A stretch of 61,985 nt of DNA from a virus (taxonomy: Duplodnaviria; Caudoviricetes). Under the pieces are notes generated by a model, which was not told where the DNA came from, ran no database searches, and worked only from the letters and a program-made list of their open reading frames with translations. The stretch spans positions 1-61,985 of IMG/VR virus record IMGVR_UViG_3300032053_000071; one strand, written 5' to 3'. The translations under genes were made by a program, and so were the position numbers. Of the stretch, positions 18,001 to 26,600 are shown one piece after another. Position 1 is the first letter of the stretch; every line of letters begins with the position of its first letter.

Positions 18001-19108
18001 CAGCCGCACCTTCTAATGCCCCATACAATGAATTAACATATACGTTCTCTCCCTCTTCAGTCTCAGCCATGCCTTTTACAGCACCTTTAACTGCCATGAT
18101 TTTAGTAAATGGAGAAGTAGCTGATTCTTTTACAAGCTTTGTCGTCTTAGACAAATACTTTTCTGTTATTTTAGCTGCTGTTTTAGAATACTTCTCAATA
18201 ACGGGAACTGCTTTTTTAGTTGTGGTTTCTGCCCATTTAGCCGCCGCTGATTCAGCATACAAAGGGTTCTCAGACGCTGCTGCTAATCCCAAATCAACCG
18301 CCATTCCTGCTATGTTCTTAGTAATCTCATAAGGCACCTTCATTACTCCCTCAGGCGCAACTTTCTGTTGATAATCCTCTATGTCTTTAACTTGGTCTTT
18401 TATGCTTGAAGAAGCATTTGCAAGACCTAATACTAATTTATTTTTTTCTTTTTGAGGTAAGACCGAATTTATTATTAAAGAAGATATATTACCAACCCCT
18501 GTCAGTATAGCCCTTGGTTCTATAGGAGACATGTCTCCTCCTTTTTTCTTACTTAATTGCTCTAATTGCTTTTTTACAGCATCGCTCGCAGGTTTATCCG
18601 TATCAGGTATATCTTCTCCAAAAAAATTGGTTTCTCTCAATTGGTTTTTAAAAGCATTCAATACGTCATCAGCAGGTTTTAAGAAACCTTCAGACCATAT
18701 ATTTGAAGCTATACCTCCCACTGCATCAGTTACTTTTTTTGCTCCCATAAGAGTAGCGGCCTCTGCTTTAAGTGCAGCATTACCAATCTTAGATAGGATA
18801 CCATCATCCTCAGTCTCTTGCGATGATGATGCCGATGAAGCATCTGCCGAAGACGAACCCGAAGCGACTGAATTTTTTTTTTCAACGGAAGGCTGTTGAG
18901 TACCGCCTCCAACTTCTCCAATAAATTTATCTATTGGATGTCTTTGCGAAAAAGTATTATCCTTTGTACTTATCCATTGATGCATCTTAGTGGCATAATT
19001 CGTATCCTGCATTTTACTTGTAAAATCCTGAAATGAATACCTACCTTCATAAGAAGTGTCTTTAGTCTTAATCCAATTGTATAAATCTTGTAAATATTTC
19101 TCGTCCAT
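12005..19108 (-). CDS. Very large internal virion/ejection protein (2367 aa)
   Basis: Size, charged helical composition, position at the end of a podovirus-like structural module; no catalytic motif recognised. Confidence 0.65.
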   Translation of the reverse strand: MDEKYLQDLYNWIKTKDTSYEGRYSFQDFTSKMQDTNYATKMHQWISTKDNTFSQRHPIDKFIGEVGGGTQQPSVEKKNSVASGSSSADASSASSSQETEDDGILSKIGNAALKAEAATLMGAKKVTDAVGGIASNIWSEGFLKPADDVLNAFKNQLRETNFFGEDIPDTDKPASDAVKKQLEQLSKKKGGDMSPIEPRAILTGVGNISSLIINSVLPQKEKNKLVLGLANASSSIKDQVKDIEDYQQKVAPEGVMKVPYEITKNIAGMAVDLGLAAASENPLYAESAAAKWAETTTKKAVPVIEKYSKTAAKITEKYLSKTTKLVKESATSPFTKIMAVKGAVKGMAETEEGENVYVNSLYGALEGAAEGAYMHVLGVTAGEVSPAIAKFISKTGLNSAIATAISNPLANAGVFTSAKALRVAATERRALTTEEMIMEAGTGVGFSLLHAGSIYKNQNEANHYYESVLSDNPINSLGRVINETKANLDVSYDPNLTQDDIQAMMTARDAIKKAILKEPDMQKKKTLGDEAVKLQNKIDAHNTVNDIVEHRDALIDLINNNKSFGVSEKKMIIDKISAIADAYDNSEFGTRKRELNAEIINLDTELSDLSEKFTDSKLPSERASIKAFIDAKKTRLGELNNELTELMTNKQKEDAIQKQTTDESVLLGQQPELGLQKVGEGDAESNLTPEQKQAITDEDAYQQEKLDNPYDEQDVEDAKRYFDNPIAYLEDKVKFWEEDVKDNPNDETSVSILDRAKAALEAHKAAEAKPESTTIQAGGSTTATTSGGPTEVTTGGEGTETKTSGWMDESNTERELRLEEERKLSDLTDEVNRAKRKIASADDTDAAIEDLNKAKKERDDFEEAITKRQKKISDNIKLNNLLEDERIRREEDGDSYEYSDLYDKDPRLASLKRAEHMLDFINSDDWLETRRKRESDEEVKESREDSNRYYTEDIETIKNDLKENPPKEKAKKQKTTNPKPESTTVTVGAGGATVSEGKPTDVTMAEGRETKTGVMDDIELLIPKYKEYVDRDLQKAKDKYRINKSEANKKALDKAKAEAEAYKKDVADSKEEALKILTESNEYKTASQVQQDAMVKEVVRKFGERIKKSPSPETILGVEPPKVVTMTEKTALKEQIKAFGRGVKEGLKTAKDLMERRKVFAEAIKQIEKSGAISTKKVDALLNKISKVNLEDDAAVEKVIEYAEKLFEDAEYDNKLNDANGVRAAIKALASNKKKNADLSVFAKQFLKIRPSDVENIDEYNEMAKKIRESLEGSKITKDKNNSIKIADMIDIAKMGDYVDKMLDAQYKIDKDKLIKSARGIMGDDATFLSDDEVLELIKTGQVQGNEKVDDSLLKKITERVNKIFDSSAAMVDEILRTGKDPLTGEDIDLSEGRKKIVERFMSMDMKDLSDKEKLGVIDALNNFIRNGSVASMETVYADYKAKDNLAKAIENNVVAKKLKLFFSKKTGRAFGQQISTLPNLTEQMFRGVAASEEFKRLSGITELVNKKASVQRTMNVLTDSFIKEFYKQKANGKAFDTAENVAERGIIAAMKRDVPGTPEQQKAEFVRKKKLAEKSIELLRDGTEQERKLADVYQKAYDKVLKDSNTVDEVLKKSDDKNIEAVDWWIDKWSDIYDQLADVSESIYNKKLDRDLNYTNFKFSLLSGGEKTIEPSSRESIFHNSNNDIFGKGVYKKKAGVLEKSTRPEADGMEDRYFDLSFDRNMINAYQDALMDINTAGTVRQIESFFSSKAIKKIIPNKEDRDLLFRNSGKEGVIPDLIRTTRQRQVVQTDELTSVLRKLSNLGTAGAATALAGITQPIKQTIPVAINTLLNAGRMPDFRYFMNKDKVDFINNSQRAIAIRGGKSRVNVDSINKLAEAADTSNASKIIDFLGKANEIALKTFIERPDVWIAKASWITYYEKGLKKQGIDPSKFDYGKDKINEEAADYAQDMVDRQQNISDADLQGKLMNTKDPLKNVMVKTVMPFASFRMNQTMRMYSDLKTTFSKKGEATKEDRATARRSLAGYAVEMATFKYLQYVIASTLANVAVKAMGINETDDDKKKREEILKRSQTTGMVTDVLSPLPMLDVPVAVATDKVMSYFQDLENIDDEDKFHLMTSIKKNGAKSLGLYGIAIDKADQIIEAFEISTTGKYIDEYGREKYVSNKTASALGDVALLSTGSSLIGFPAEMNAILRNSLRLAKKNSSTKEGGKEASVRQSSEKKAEVFKKKEAKMKEEVEALRRMLNDETDATKIKEIRVMIREAKEAPYKRTEQNEEEKLTRKEEKEKLEEQLQGYDSKSDMKRYDPDLYDKTFGEEDDAEKEVKSDLRKEKRQMKDEEYNYHKSKKRAKNKDGTYKSSYLKIKLRGY

Positions 19109-19119
19109 TATTTTTGTTT

Positions 19120-20961
19120 TTATGGTGCTTGATCAGGATTTGGTGCAGGTTCTTTTTTTGCTTGTTTATCAGGATTGTTCACAAAAAATGTCTCAGCTTC
19201 TATTTGATTTGCATTTTGAGTTATCCATTCTAATATTTTTTTAACCTGTGATTTGTTATCTACAGAAAACCTAACCCCCTTATCTTTTGATGCATCCTGT
19301 CCTTTCTTGTATATAATAATATCGTCCGTATTTCCAAAAGTAGGGTCTTCAAAATCAAATGTAAAACCAAGACCCCCAAATTGCGCATTAAGATTAGCTG
19401 CTGTTTCTGTAGCATTATCAAGTATTATCTGACTATCTAAATTTGAAGAAACATAGCTGCTTATGTCTTTAGCATAATTCTTAGGACCCTCGTATCCTCC
19501 CCCTACTGCATCAAAAGTAACATTCCTACCTCCTGCTTCTTTTATTGCTGCATTGAGCACTTTATCTTCAAGCAATTCTTTATCTTTTATTAAAGTTCCT
19601 ATACCTGCTACTGCTGATTTAATTAATTCACCAGTTTTTTGTTTTGGATCATAATCAAAACTTTTTCCCTCATTGTTATAAAACCTAATCATTGGTTTCT
19701 CTGTTCCATCAGCCTGCTTAACCTTTACTTTTTGAGTTTGTATTCCAAACTGTTTCAAGTATGTGTTTGCATTTGTAGCAGTTGTTATATCCCCTGTAAG
19801 ATATTTACCCAATTGTTGTCCTAAATTTTCAGAATCTGTTTTAGTATCAGTTCTTGCTAACATTGTTGCGCTTGGCTCATTACGAGATGTTTGACCTGTA
19901 GATGTCTGTATCTTTTTACTCTTATCAATTCTACTTACAATTTGGTTTCTTGCATAGTCAAAGGCCTCTTCTCTTTGCTCTTTATAATGAGAACCTGTAT
20001 CATCTATAGTATTCAATCCTGTAGATGGGTCTATCTTTACCAATATCTTACTTTTATCTTTATCAGCAAGTGCTCTATCGGTAGTAAATGAATCAGCTCC
20101 ATACTTACCTGTGTTCTGAGTAAGAATAGATGTTAGATTGTATGGGATTGCCAAGTATTTTTCTACGTGATTGTTTATGGCTTTGTTAAACTCCTCAACA
20201 GCTTTTTTCCCCTCAGGGAATTTAGCCTCAAACATTGAAGGAGAGTTTATATATTCAGTAACACTACCTGCTCCTGCTATTGTAGCAGCTCTTTCTATAT
20301 CCACTTTCAATGGAGCTAATGAAGCGGCATCTCTCTCAGCATTTTTATCTAAATAAAATGTCGCTATCCTTGTTGACATATTTCTCATGGCTGTACCTAC
20401 AGGAACGATGTCATTTGTCACCTCCATTATACCTTTTTGAGGATTCATTTTTAATTTAGCCAATTTTACCTGACCTGATTTCGGGTCTAAAAATGCTCTT
20501 GTTTTTGAGAAGTCAGCAAATCCGTCTATCGTAGACATATTAAAAATGTTAATAGCTTGCAATGAACCTTCATTAACCCCTTCCATCATACCCTTATATT
20601 CCTCCTGATATTTCTTCTGAAGGTTGAATAATGTAGTAGTTCCGTCTACAGCATTATTTGTTTTTAATACGTAATCTTTCTCTTTTAAATAACCTGCCTT
20701 AAATAATTTTGAATCAATAAGTCTTTGCTTAGTCATATTATCAACATAGTTGGAAATGAAATCATTGCCATCCTTATACTGACCATATTCAGGATTGGCT
20801 AACTTATTAGCAAGTTCTCTATCTTCAGCATCATAAGCGGCCTTCTTATCTTCTCTTCTCTTATTCTCCGTAGCGAGCATGTCGGTAAACCCTTTGGCCG
20901 CCTCCGCCCAATTCACATATCCTTCTTCACCGCTAGCTTGGTATCCGTATCCTATTGGCAT
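19120..20961 (-). CDS. Putative internal virion protein
   Basis: 613 aa; lies between the pilot-like gene and the giant gene. Confidence 0.55.
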   Translation of the reverse strand: MPIGYGYQASGEEGYVNWAEAAKGFTDMLATENKRREDKKAAYDAEDRELANKLANPEYGQYKDGNDFISNYVDNMTKQRLIDSKLFKAGYLKEKDYVLKTNNAVDGTTTLFNLQKKYQEEYKGMMEGVNEGSLQAINIFNMSTIDGFADFSKTRAFLDPKSGQVKLAKLKMNPQKGIMEVTNDIVPVGTAMRNMSTRIATFYLDKNAERDAASLAPLKVDIERAATIAGAGSVTEYINSPSMFEAKFPEGKKAVEEFNKAINNHVEKYLAIPYNLTSILTQNTGKYGADSFTTDRALADKDKSKILVKIDPSTGLNTIDDTGSHYKEQREEAFDYARNQIVSRIDKSKKIQTSTGQTSRNEPSATMLARTDTKTDSENLGQQLGKYLTGDITTATNANTYLKQFGIQTQKVKVKQADGTEKPMIRFYNNEGKSFDYDPKQKTGELIKSAVAGIGTLIKDKELLEDKVLNAAIKEAGGRNVTFDAVGGGYEGPKNYAKDISSYVSSNLDSQIILDNATETAANLNAQFGGLGFTFDFEDPTFGNTDDIIIYKKGQDASKDKGVRFSVDNKSQVKKILEWITQNANQIEAETFFVNNPDKQAKKEPAPNPDQAP

Positions 20962-20964
20962 ATA

Positions 20965-21747
20965 TTATTGATTTAATGGATTAAAGTAATTGTAGTCTCC
21001 ACTGTTATTGTACATGTAATTACTATACTGATCAAGTGTAGATGTAGGCGCTTTAGCAACAGAACCGGCTACAGCTCCTGCTGACATGGTACTGCCTGCC
21101 GCCCCAATTGCTTTTCCTGCATTCTGTATTTGATTGGGCGTTGCTTTGCCTATTTTTTCTCCTGTAAGTGGGTCTCTACCTCTGTGTTTTAAATATAAAG
21201 GAACAAATGTCTCAACGCCTGTTTTTACAGCCTCCGTAACACCCTTTGTTCCCTCTTGAATTAATTTAGCCCTTGCCTCTTTAGCCTCCTTAGCTGCAGC
21301 CTGATAACCTTGCGCTTGACTAAGGCTTAATCCTGCAAGAGTATCTTTTATATTTGTATCCTCTTCTGCGCTTAATTTAGCCATATCTTGCAACTCTTTA
21401 CTCATATCTGTTCTAACACCTGCCTGAGCCTCATTCTGAGCCATTTGAATACGTCCTACAGTTGCTACTGCACCTCTATCTGACTCTTGACCTGCTGCAA
21501 TACCCTGAGCACCCTGAGCAAGAAAAGCTTCCTTCTCTAATTCGTATGCTTCTTTTGGAATACCAAGCGCATCCCATGGGTTTACATTGATTTGCCTTTT
21601 CGCCTCTTCGTATGCTTTACTTGCGTCTTGCTCGGCTTGTCTTTGCAATTTCATCTGCTTACTTGCTTGAATAAAATTAGCTCCTGCTCCTCCGGCAGAT
21701 ACTGCCACACTTGCTAATCCTATTATTGCTGTTGTTCCTAATGCCAT
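20965..21747 (-). CDS. Putative internal virion (pilot-like) protein
   Basis: Hydrophobic Gly/Ala-rich N-terminus followed by Gln/Ala-rich helices. Confidence 0.6.
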   Translation of the reverse strand: MALGTTAIIGLASVAVSAGGAGANFIQASKQMKLQRQAEQDASKAYEEAKRQINVNPWDALGIPKEAYELEKEAFLAQGAQGIAAGQESDRGAVATVGRIQMAQNEAQAGVRTDMSKELQDMAKLSAEEDTNIKDTLAGLSLSQAQGYQAAAKEAKEARAKLIQEGTKGVTEAVKTGVETFVPLYLKHRGRDPLTGEKIGKATPNQIQNAGKAIGAAGSTMSAGAVAGSVAKAPTSTLDQYSNYMYNNSGDYNYFNPLNQ

Positions 21748-21748
21748 A

Positions 21749-22159
21749 TTATAAAATTTTAATCATTTCAGATGTATAACTATCTCCCTTCACATATCCC
21801 AATTCTTCATAAGATTCTATCAGACCACTATGCTTTATTAAAGCATAAGCGTATTTGTTTCCCAAATTTCTGCTAATATTTGTAATGGTATCTATAAGTA
21901 ATTTTATAGCCTCTTTTCTTTCAGGTTTTTTTCTATAGTTCTTATTGGATATAATCCAATCTATCCAAACTGCTTTAGAGTTTGTTATATACATAAAACC
22001 TGCGCATACCGGAGTTTCTTCATCGAATACTATACAGCCTCCTGCTCCATCACTAGGAAGAAAATCTTTTTGAGGAGGGTCCCATCCCCAATCCTTCCAC
22101 CAACCTACTAGGATTTCATCGTAATCTGAGCTATTTAGTATTCGTATATCTAGCGCCAT
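21749..22159 (-). CDS. GNAT-fold acetyltransferase-like protein
   Basis: 136 aa; PVCAGF, NKNYRKK, YEELGY; usual position before internal virion genes in podoviruses. Confidence 0.55.
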   Translation of the reverse strand: MALDIRILNSSDYDEILVGWWKDWGWDPPQKDFLPSDGAGGCIVFDEETPVCAGFMYITNSKAVWIDWIISNKNYRKKPERKEAIKLLIDTITNISRNLGNKYAYALIKHSGLIESYEELGYVKGDSYTSEMIKIL

Positions 22160-22167
22160 ATTGATTA

Positions 22168-22175
22168 CAAATATA
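22168..22175 (-). promoter_or_regulatory. Bacteroidota-type -7 promoter element
   Basis: TATATTTG on the minus strand, just upstream of the 22159 start. Confidence 0.55.
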
Positions 22176-22182
22176 TCAATTA

Positions 22183-23007
22183 TTAAGGAAAACTTTTCAT
22201 GACCTCTGATCCTACTGAGAATAACTCAATCTTGCTTGCAGAATAGTTATACATGTCAAAAACACAATAGTGCCCTAATACGCCATGTGATTCAGCAACA
22301 GAATTTTTTACACAGAAGAAATATGCAGTTTGGCTCGATATTGGTACTGTTAATGGTACAGCCGTATTAACTACTATCCTATTTAAACCACCCGGATAAT
22401 TTTGTATTATATTAGATACAATGCCTGCAAAGAATGTTGTACCATAAGCAGGCGGTATAGCGAAGTAAACGCTATCCCCAATACTTATTACGCCACCTAT
22501 TGCAACCAATGGCGATATGGAAAAGTTTACCTCCGTGCCTCCACCTGTAACGCTAAGACTTCTGCCTATACCTGTAACTGCCCTAGTTGACAACTCTCCT
22601 GACGAGCCATTTCTTATAAAGGCAAAATACGTTTGCTCTTTCTTTTCAAACCATGACGCACTAATACCTCCTGAGTTTTGAATGTCAGTTACTAACGTAG
22701 CATCCCACTGAGAGTCCCCTTGTAATACAATAGTCTTGAATAACTTATTATCAAGTATGGCATCATTAATAACACCAACTAACCTAGTTGGGACAAATGG
22801 TCCGGGAGGTGGAGGAGGGAATGGAAACTTTGCCCACCACTGCTCGTAGAATGTATTTCTAGTCTCGTTCACATTATGCTTATACAAGTCTCCGCCCTTG
22901 AATGTGTACAGATAGTTGTTCATCCCTATTATCCAATCAGGGTAGTAAGAGTAAAAAGAAGGCCATCCTTTTACTGATTCGCTATATGTTAATGTATAGT
23001 ATGACAT
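22183..23007 (-). CDS. Tail-associated structural protein
   Basis: YSESVKGWPSFYSY.P, KLFKTI, FEKKE; position in the tail module. Confidence 0.6.
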   Translation of the reverse strand: MSYYTLTYSESVKGWPSFYSYYPDWIIGMNNYLYTFKGGDLYKHNVNETRNTFYEQWWAKFPFPPPPPGPFVPTRLVGVINDAILDNKLFKTIVLQGDSQWDATLVTDIQNSGGISASWFEKKEQTYFAFIRNGSSGELSTRAVTGIGRSLSVTGGGTEVNFSISPLVAIGGVISIGDSVYFAIPPAYGTTFFAGIVSNIIQNYPGGLNRIVVNTAVPLTVPISSQTAYFFCVKNSVAESHGVLGHYCVFDMYNYSASKIELFSVGSEVMKSFP

Positions 23008-23019
23008 AGTTTTTTAATT

Positions 23020-23610
23020 TTATCTTACACATCCGCAACGGTAAAACTCAATACTTCCTGTACCTCCTTCAACAGTAGGAGTAGTACCTTGAGCAACACA
23101 AATTAATTCATCTGAAGTAAAGGTTGCATTATTAAAATCATTAGAACAAATAGTATTATCACTGCCTGTCCAAGCGACATCTACTGAGAAGCCGAGTGCA
23201 GGTTTTACTCTCCAAAAAGCACAAGCTTCAGCGCAGCATCCGCAAGATTGAGTATTTGTAATATCTCCTATCCCATTTGCCCAAAATGGAGTTGTTCCTA
23301 TAGCTGCACAAACTTCTAATGTAGCAGGGTAGTCCATTGTTACATTTCTTTCTACTCCTGATCCGCATACTATATATGATATGGTAGCTGCTATTGCACC
23401 TGATATAATAGTCCATCCTGAGCATGGGTCACTACAACAAGTAGGGCAAGTATTTTCAGGAAGTAAAATGCATCCTACTTGCTCTCTTACTACCGATGCG
23501 TCAGAATAGAACCCATCAGGCGCACATATTGTAAGTGCTGCATCAAGGAACACTGCCGTAGCTGAGGCAAGTGATGGTCCATTTATATAGAACGGTTGTT
23601 GTATCGGCAT
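23020..23610 (-). CDS. Cys-rich tail-associated protein
   Basis: APDGFYSD motif, then two Cys-rich modules. Confidence 0.55.
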   Translation of the reverse strand: MPIQQPFYINGPSLASATAVFLDAALTICAPDGFYSDASVVREQVGCILLPENTCPTCCSDPCSGWTIISGAIAATISYIVCGSGVERNVTMDYPATLEVCAAIGTTPFWANGIGDITNTQSCGCCAEACAFWRVKPALGFSVDVAWTGSDNTICSNDFNNATFTSDELICVAQGTTPTVEGGTGSIEFYRCGCVR

Positions 23611-23625
23611 AGTTTATTAAATTTA

Positions 23626-26600
23626 TTATCTACAAGTGCATGAATCAAATATTATAACTCCATCTGTTGATGATGCAAATGGTTTGTATGAAACCTGACA
23701 GCAATAGTTTCCTACTTCTAATGGACTTAATGTTGTAGTCACAATACTACCATCGCAATCTTTGTAAGTAAAATCAACATTAGCAGTGCTACTTGAATTA
23801 TAAAAAGTCCAACTTACACACTGATCTCCTAATTTATTACAACATCCACAATAAGGCATTTTTGAAATTAATACGTTATCAAATGATGATATATCGCCAA
23901 TTGCACATACCATTTTACTAACGCCTGCATTTATTATTTCATCAACAGGTTCTTCTCTACAATTTAAGTAACCTAAAGTACAAAAGCCGCTTACGCATGT
24001 AACATACCAAATATGACAATCTAAACTACAAGCATTACATCCACACCCTCCAATTGTTATTACCGGATTACCTGATAAAACAGTGTATCCCAAATCACGA
24101 GCAGGTCTGTATATGCATATCTTATAAGAGTCATTTGCATTTACCTTAAGTATATATGGAACACCCTGAAGTGTACCACATAATCCTCCCGGTATATATA
24201 TAAAACAAGGAGTTGCACCTGACTCAACAGTTATTTCATAGCAATCATTATCACATGGACCACAATCACAGCAAGCAGATGATTCTAATGTTTCTGAGTA
24301 GCACAACAACTGTGGATTTGATTTTCTGAAATCCCAAATTAAATAAAGATAATTGCCTGTTGGCGGAACAATAAAATCTGCATGATAAGTATTGCCCCCT
24401 CCTGATATTGGAGCAGCTAAGCTTGAAGCAGAAATCATCGTAGTTATATCTACGCTATTGTTAGCATAAAGAGTACTGCTTCTTAAATATCTAAATTTAT
24501 CGTATGCAGGATCAAAATTAAATGTATCAAATCCAATCTTATTGCTTTGAAGTCTCATAGTGCTTCCTGCAGGAGGGAATGTACCTGACCCTACATAGCC
24601 CGATATGGCATTGTACCAAGATACAATAGGGCTTGATGTACTACTTGCAAATGTTACAAAATTTGACTGCCATGGACCAACAAAGCTTCCATTTGTGTAT
24701 TTATACTCAGCATGTATAGTTTCTCCCGATTGGTAGTTGCTAGTCAATACGACCTCTACTATTGTCATTTCTTCAGCTACAGGACAATTGACAAGCAAAT
24801 CTAACACAACACTTCCTGTATAGACTATAGATACATTTGCTATGTCTACAAAATTCAAGTCTTTATAGAAAGTAAAGAAGTCGCTATAATCTATAAGACC
24901 TGATTCATAAGTAATTCCATTATATACTATTATTACATTAAACTCCGCTCCGGGGTCTATGCTTATCACGTTCCAAGATACAGTTGTCTGACCTATAAGT
25001 GGTCCTAAGTCTACACAATAGGTTTTAGTTATGTCTCCTGATAGTGTAAATACTTGAGATACACCACATGCCAAGCATGATGGGTTTTGAGGCAAGTCCC
25101 TGTCTGTTGTTGTCAATACATACTCATTCATGTACGGGTCAAATCCTCCAAGCTTTTGAGTTCCAAAAGAAGCATTGAATGTATCTCTAAACCATGTCCT
25201 CATGTTCAAATCAGATATGACATTCAATTGCTCATTAGAGTATGAGTTACCCTGAAGCTGAATTACTGCACCTCTTTTGGCATCAGTAAAATACCTGTCG
25301 TATCCCCACTGAACATAACTTTCAGGATTAAAGCTAATGCCATACTTCTCTGTTCTTGCAATCTGTGTGCCTAATACCTCAGGTACTGATGTAATCGCTC
25401 CTCCTGCGGCTGAATCAGACAATAGATTCTTACCTGCTAATACATAAGATATTTTATCCTCTTGCAAAACAAGCACGTCAGTCTCTCTGCCATCCAATAC
25501 ATATATCTCTCCAAATGATAACTCTAGGTTCTTATAGTTAAGTAGTCCTGAGTTAAATTCATTTAACTTATTAAGATTGGTCTCAGGATTATAAACACCA
25601 CTATATGTAATATCAGCAAATCTATCGGTCTCTTTATAGTCTTGAGCAGCAACAGTTGTAACTCTGTTTCCTAAATTAAATGACCTACCTGTAATTGAGT
25701 CTCTAATCTTATAACTTTCAACTCCATTGCCAAAAGAAAAGCAATTGAAAAATTCAGTATTAACTATACCCGGAGTCCCTGCTGCTACATCTTGGTCTTG
25801 AACATTACCCATATGGTTTCCATCAATATCTATTGCGAACGACAAGTCATTCTCAAAGAAAACATCAGGCAGTGCATCACTAGGTTCTGTTTCAAAAACA
25901 AAAATATTTTCAGCACGAAAAACTTGAATATCTAATATTATTGATGACTTTCTTTTATCAGTGTTTGCACCTCCACAAGCCTCAACTGCTCTTACGTTAA
26001 GACTAAGTGCATTATTTAATTCTCTAGAAAATTGCCAAATATTCGTATTGAAATCATACCCAATAGAAAGTGGACTTGAAAGAAGGGTTGGGTAATATAC
26101 GTTACCAACAGGTCCTGCTCCGCCACCTACAGTTGATGTTCCATTATTAACAAATTGACCAATATTATCCCCATTAAACCAATCAAACATATTGTTATAA
26201 TTAGCAGAAGATATAAAGTTCTGAGACCAAGTATATATTCTTTTTTCACAACTTCTATTGCCATCTCCCGGACCTAGTCTTTGAGTTGTAATATTTATCG
26301 AAATCTTACTTCCTGCAGGAACCGTGTAATCTATATACGTGCCCGGAACTGCAGTATCCTCAATGTTCATTGGGTACTGCATGATTGGACCGATACCATC
26401 GTCATAGGTACCAACAGTTTTTGTACCGGGAGCAATTATAGCTAGTGGGTCATTAGTTACAGAAAACGAGTTTGGGTTTATTTTCATATACACACCACCG
26501 GGAGGAGTTACGCCTGTTGCAGGGACTATGAACCCTTGCACCTTAGCTTCCTTCTCAAGAACTGTAGCATATATACAACTTTTTGTGGGACCGTTGGAAT

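Noticed and set aside
12005-19108. Giant protein as a virion RNA polymerase or tape measure protein
   Set aside because: I found no DxDGD-type catalytic motif or tape-measure repeats by eye, and the surrounding module is podovirus-like. A structure search would be needed to exclude a divergent enzyme.
12172-20356. Many + strand ORFs opposite the giant structural genes
   Set aside because: Ser/Phe/Leu-rich antisense shadows of Lys/Glu-rich genes, with no motifs or leaders.
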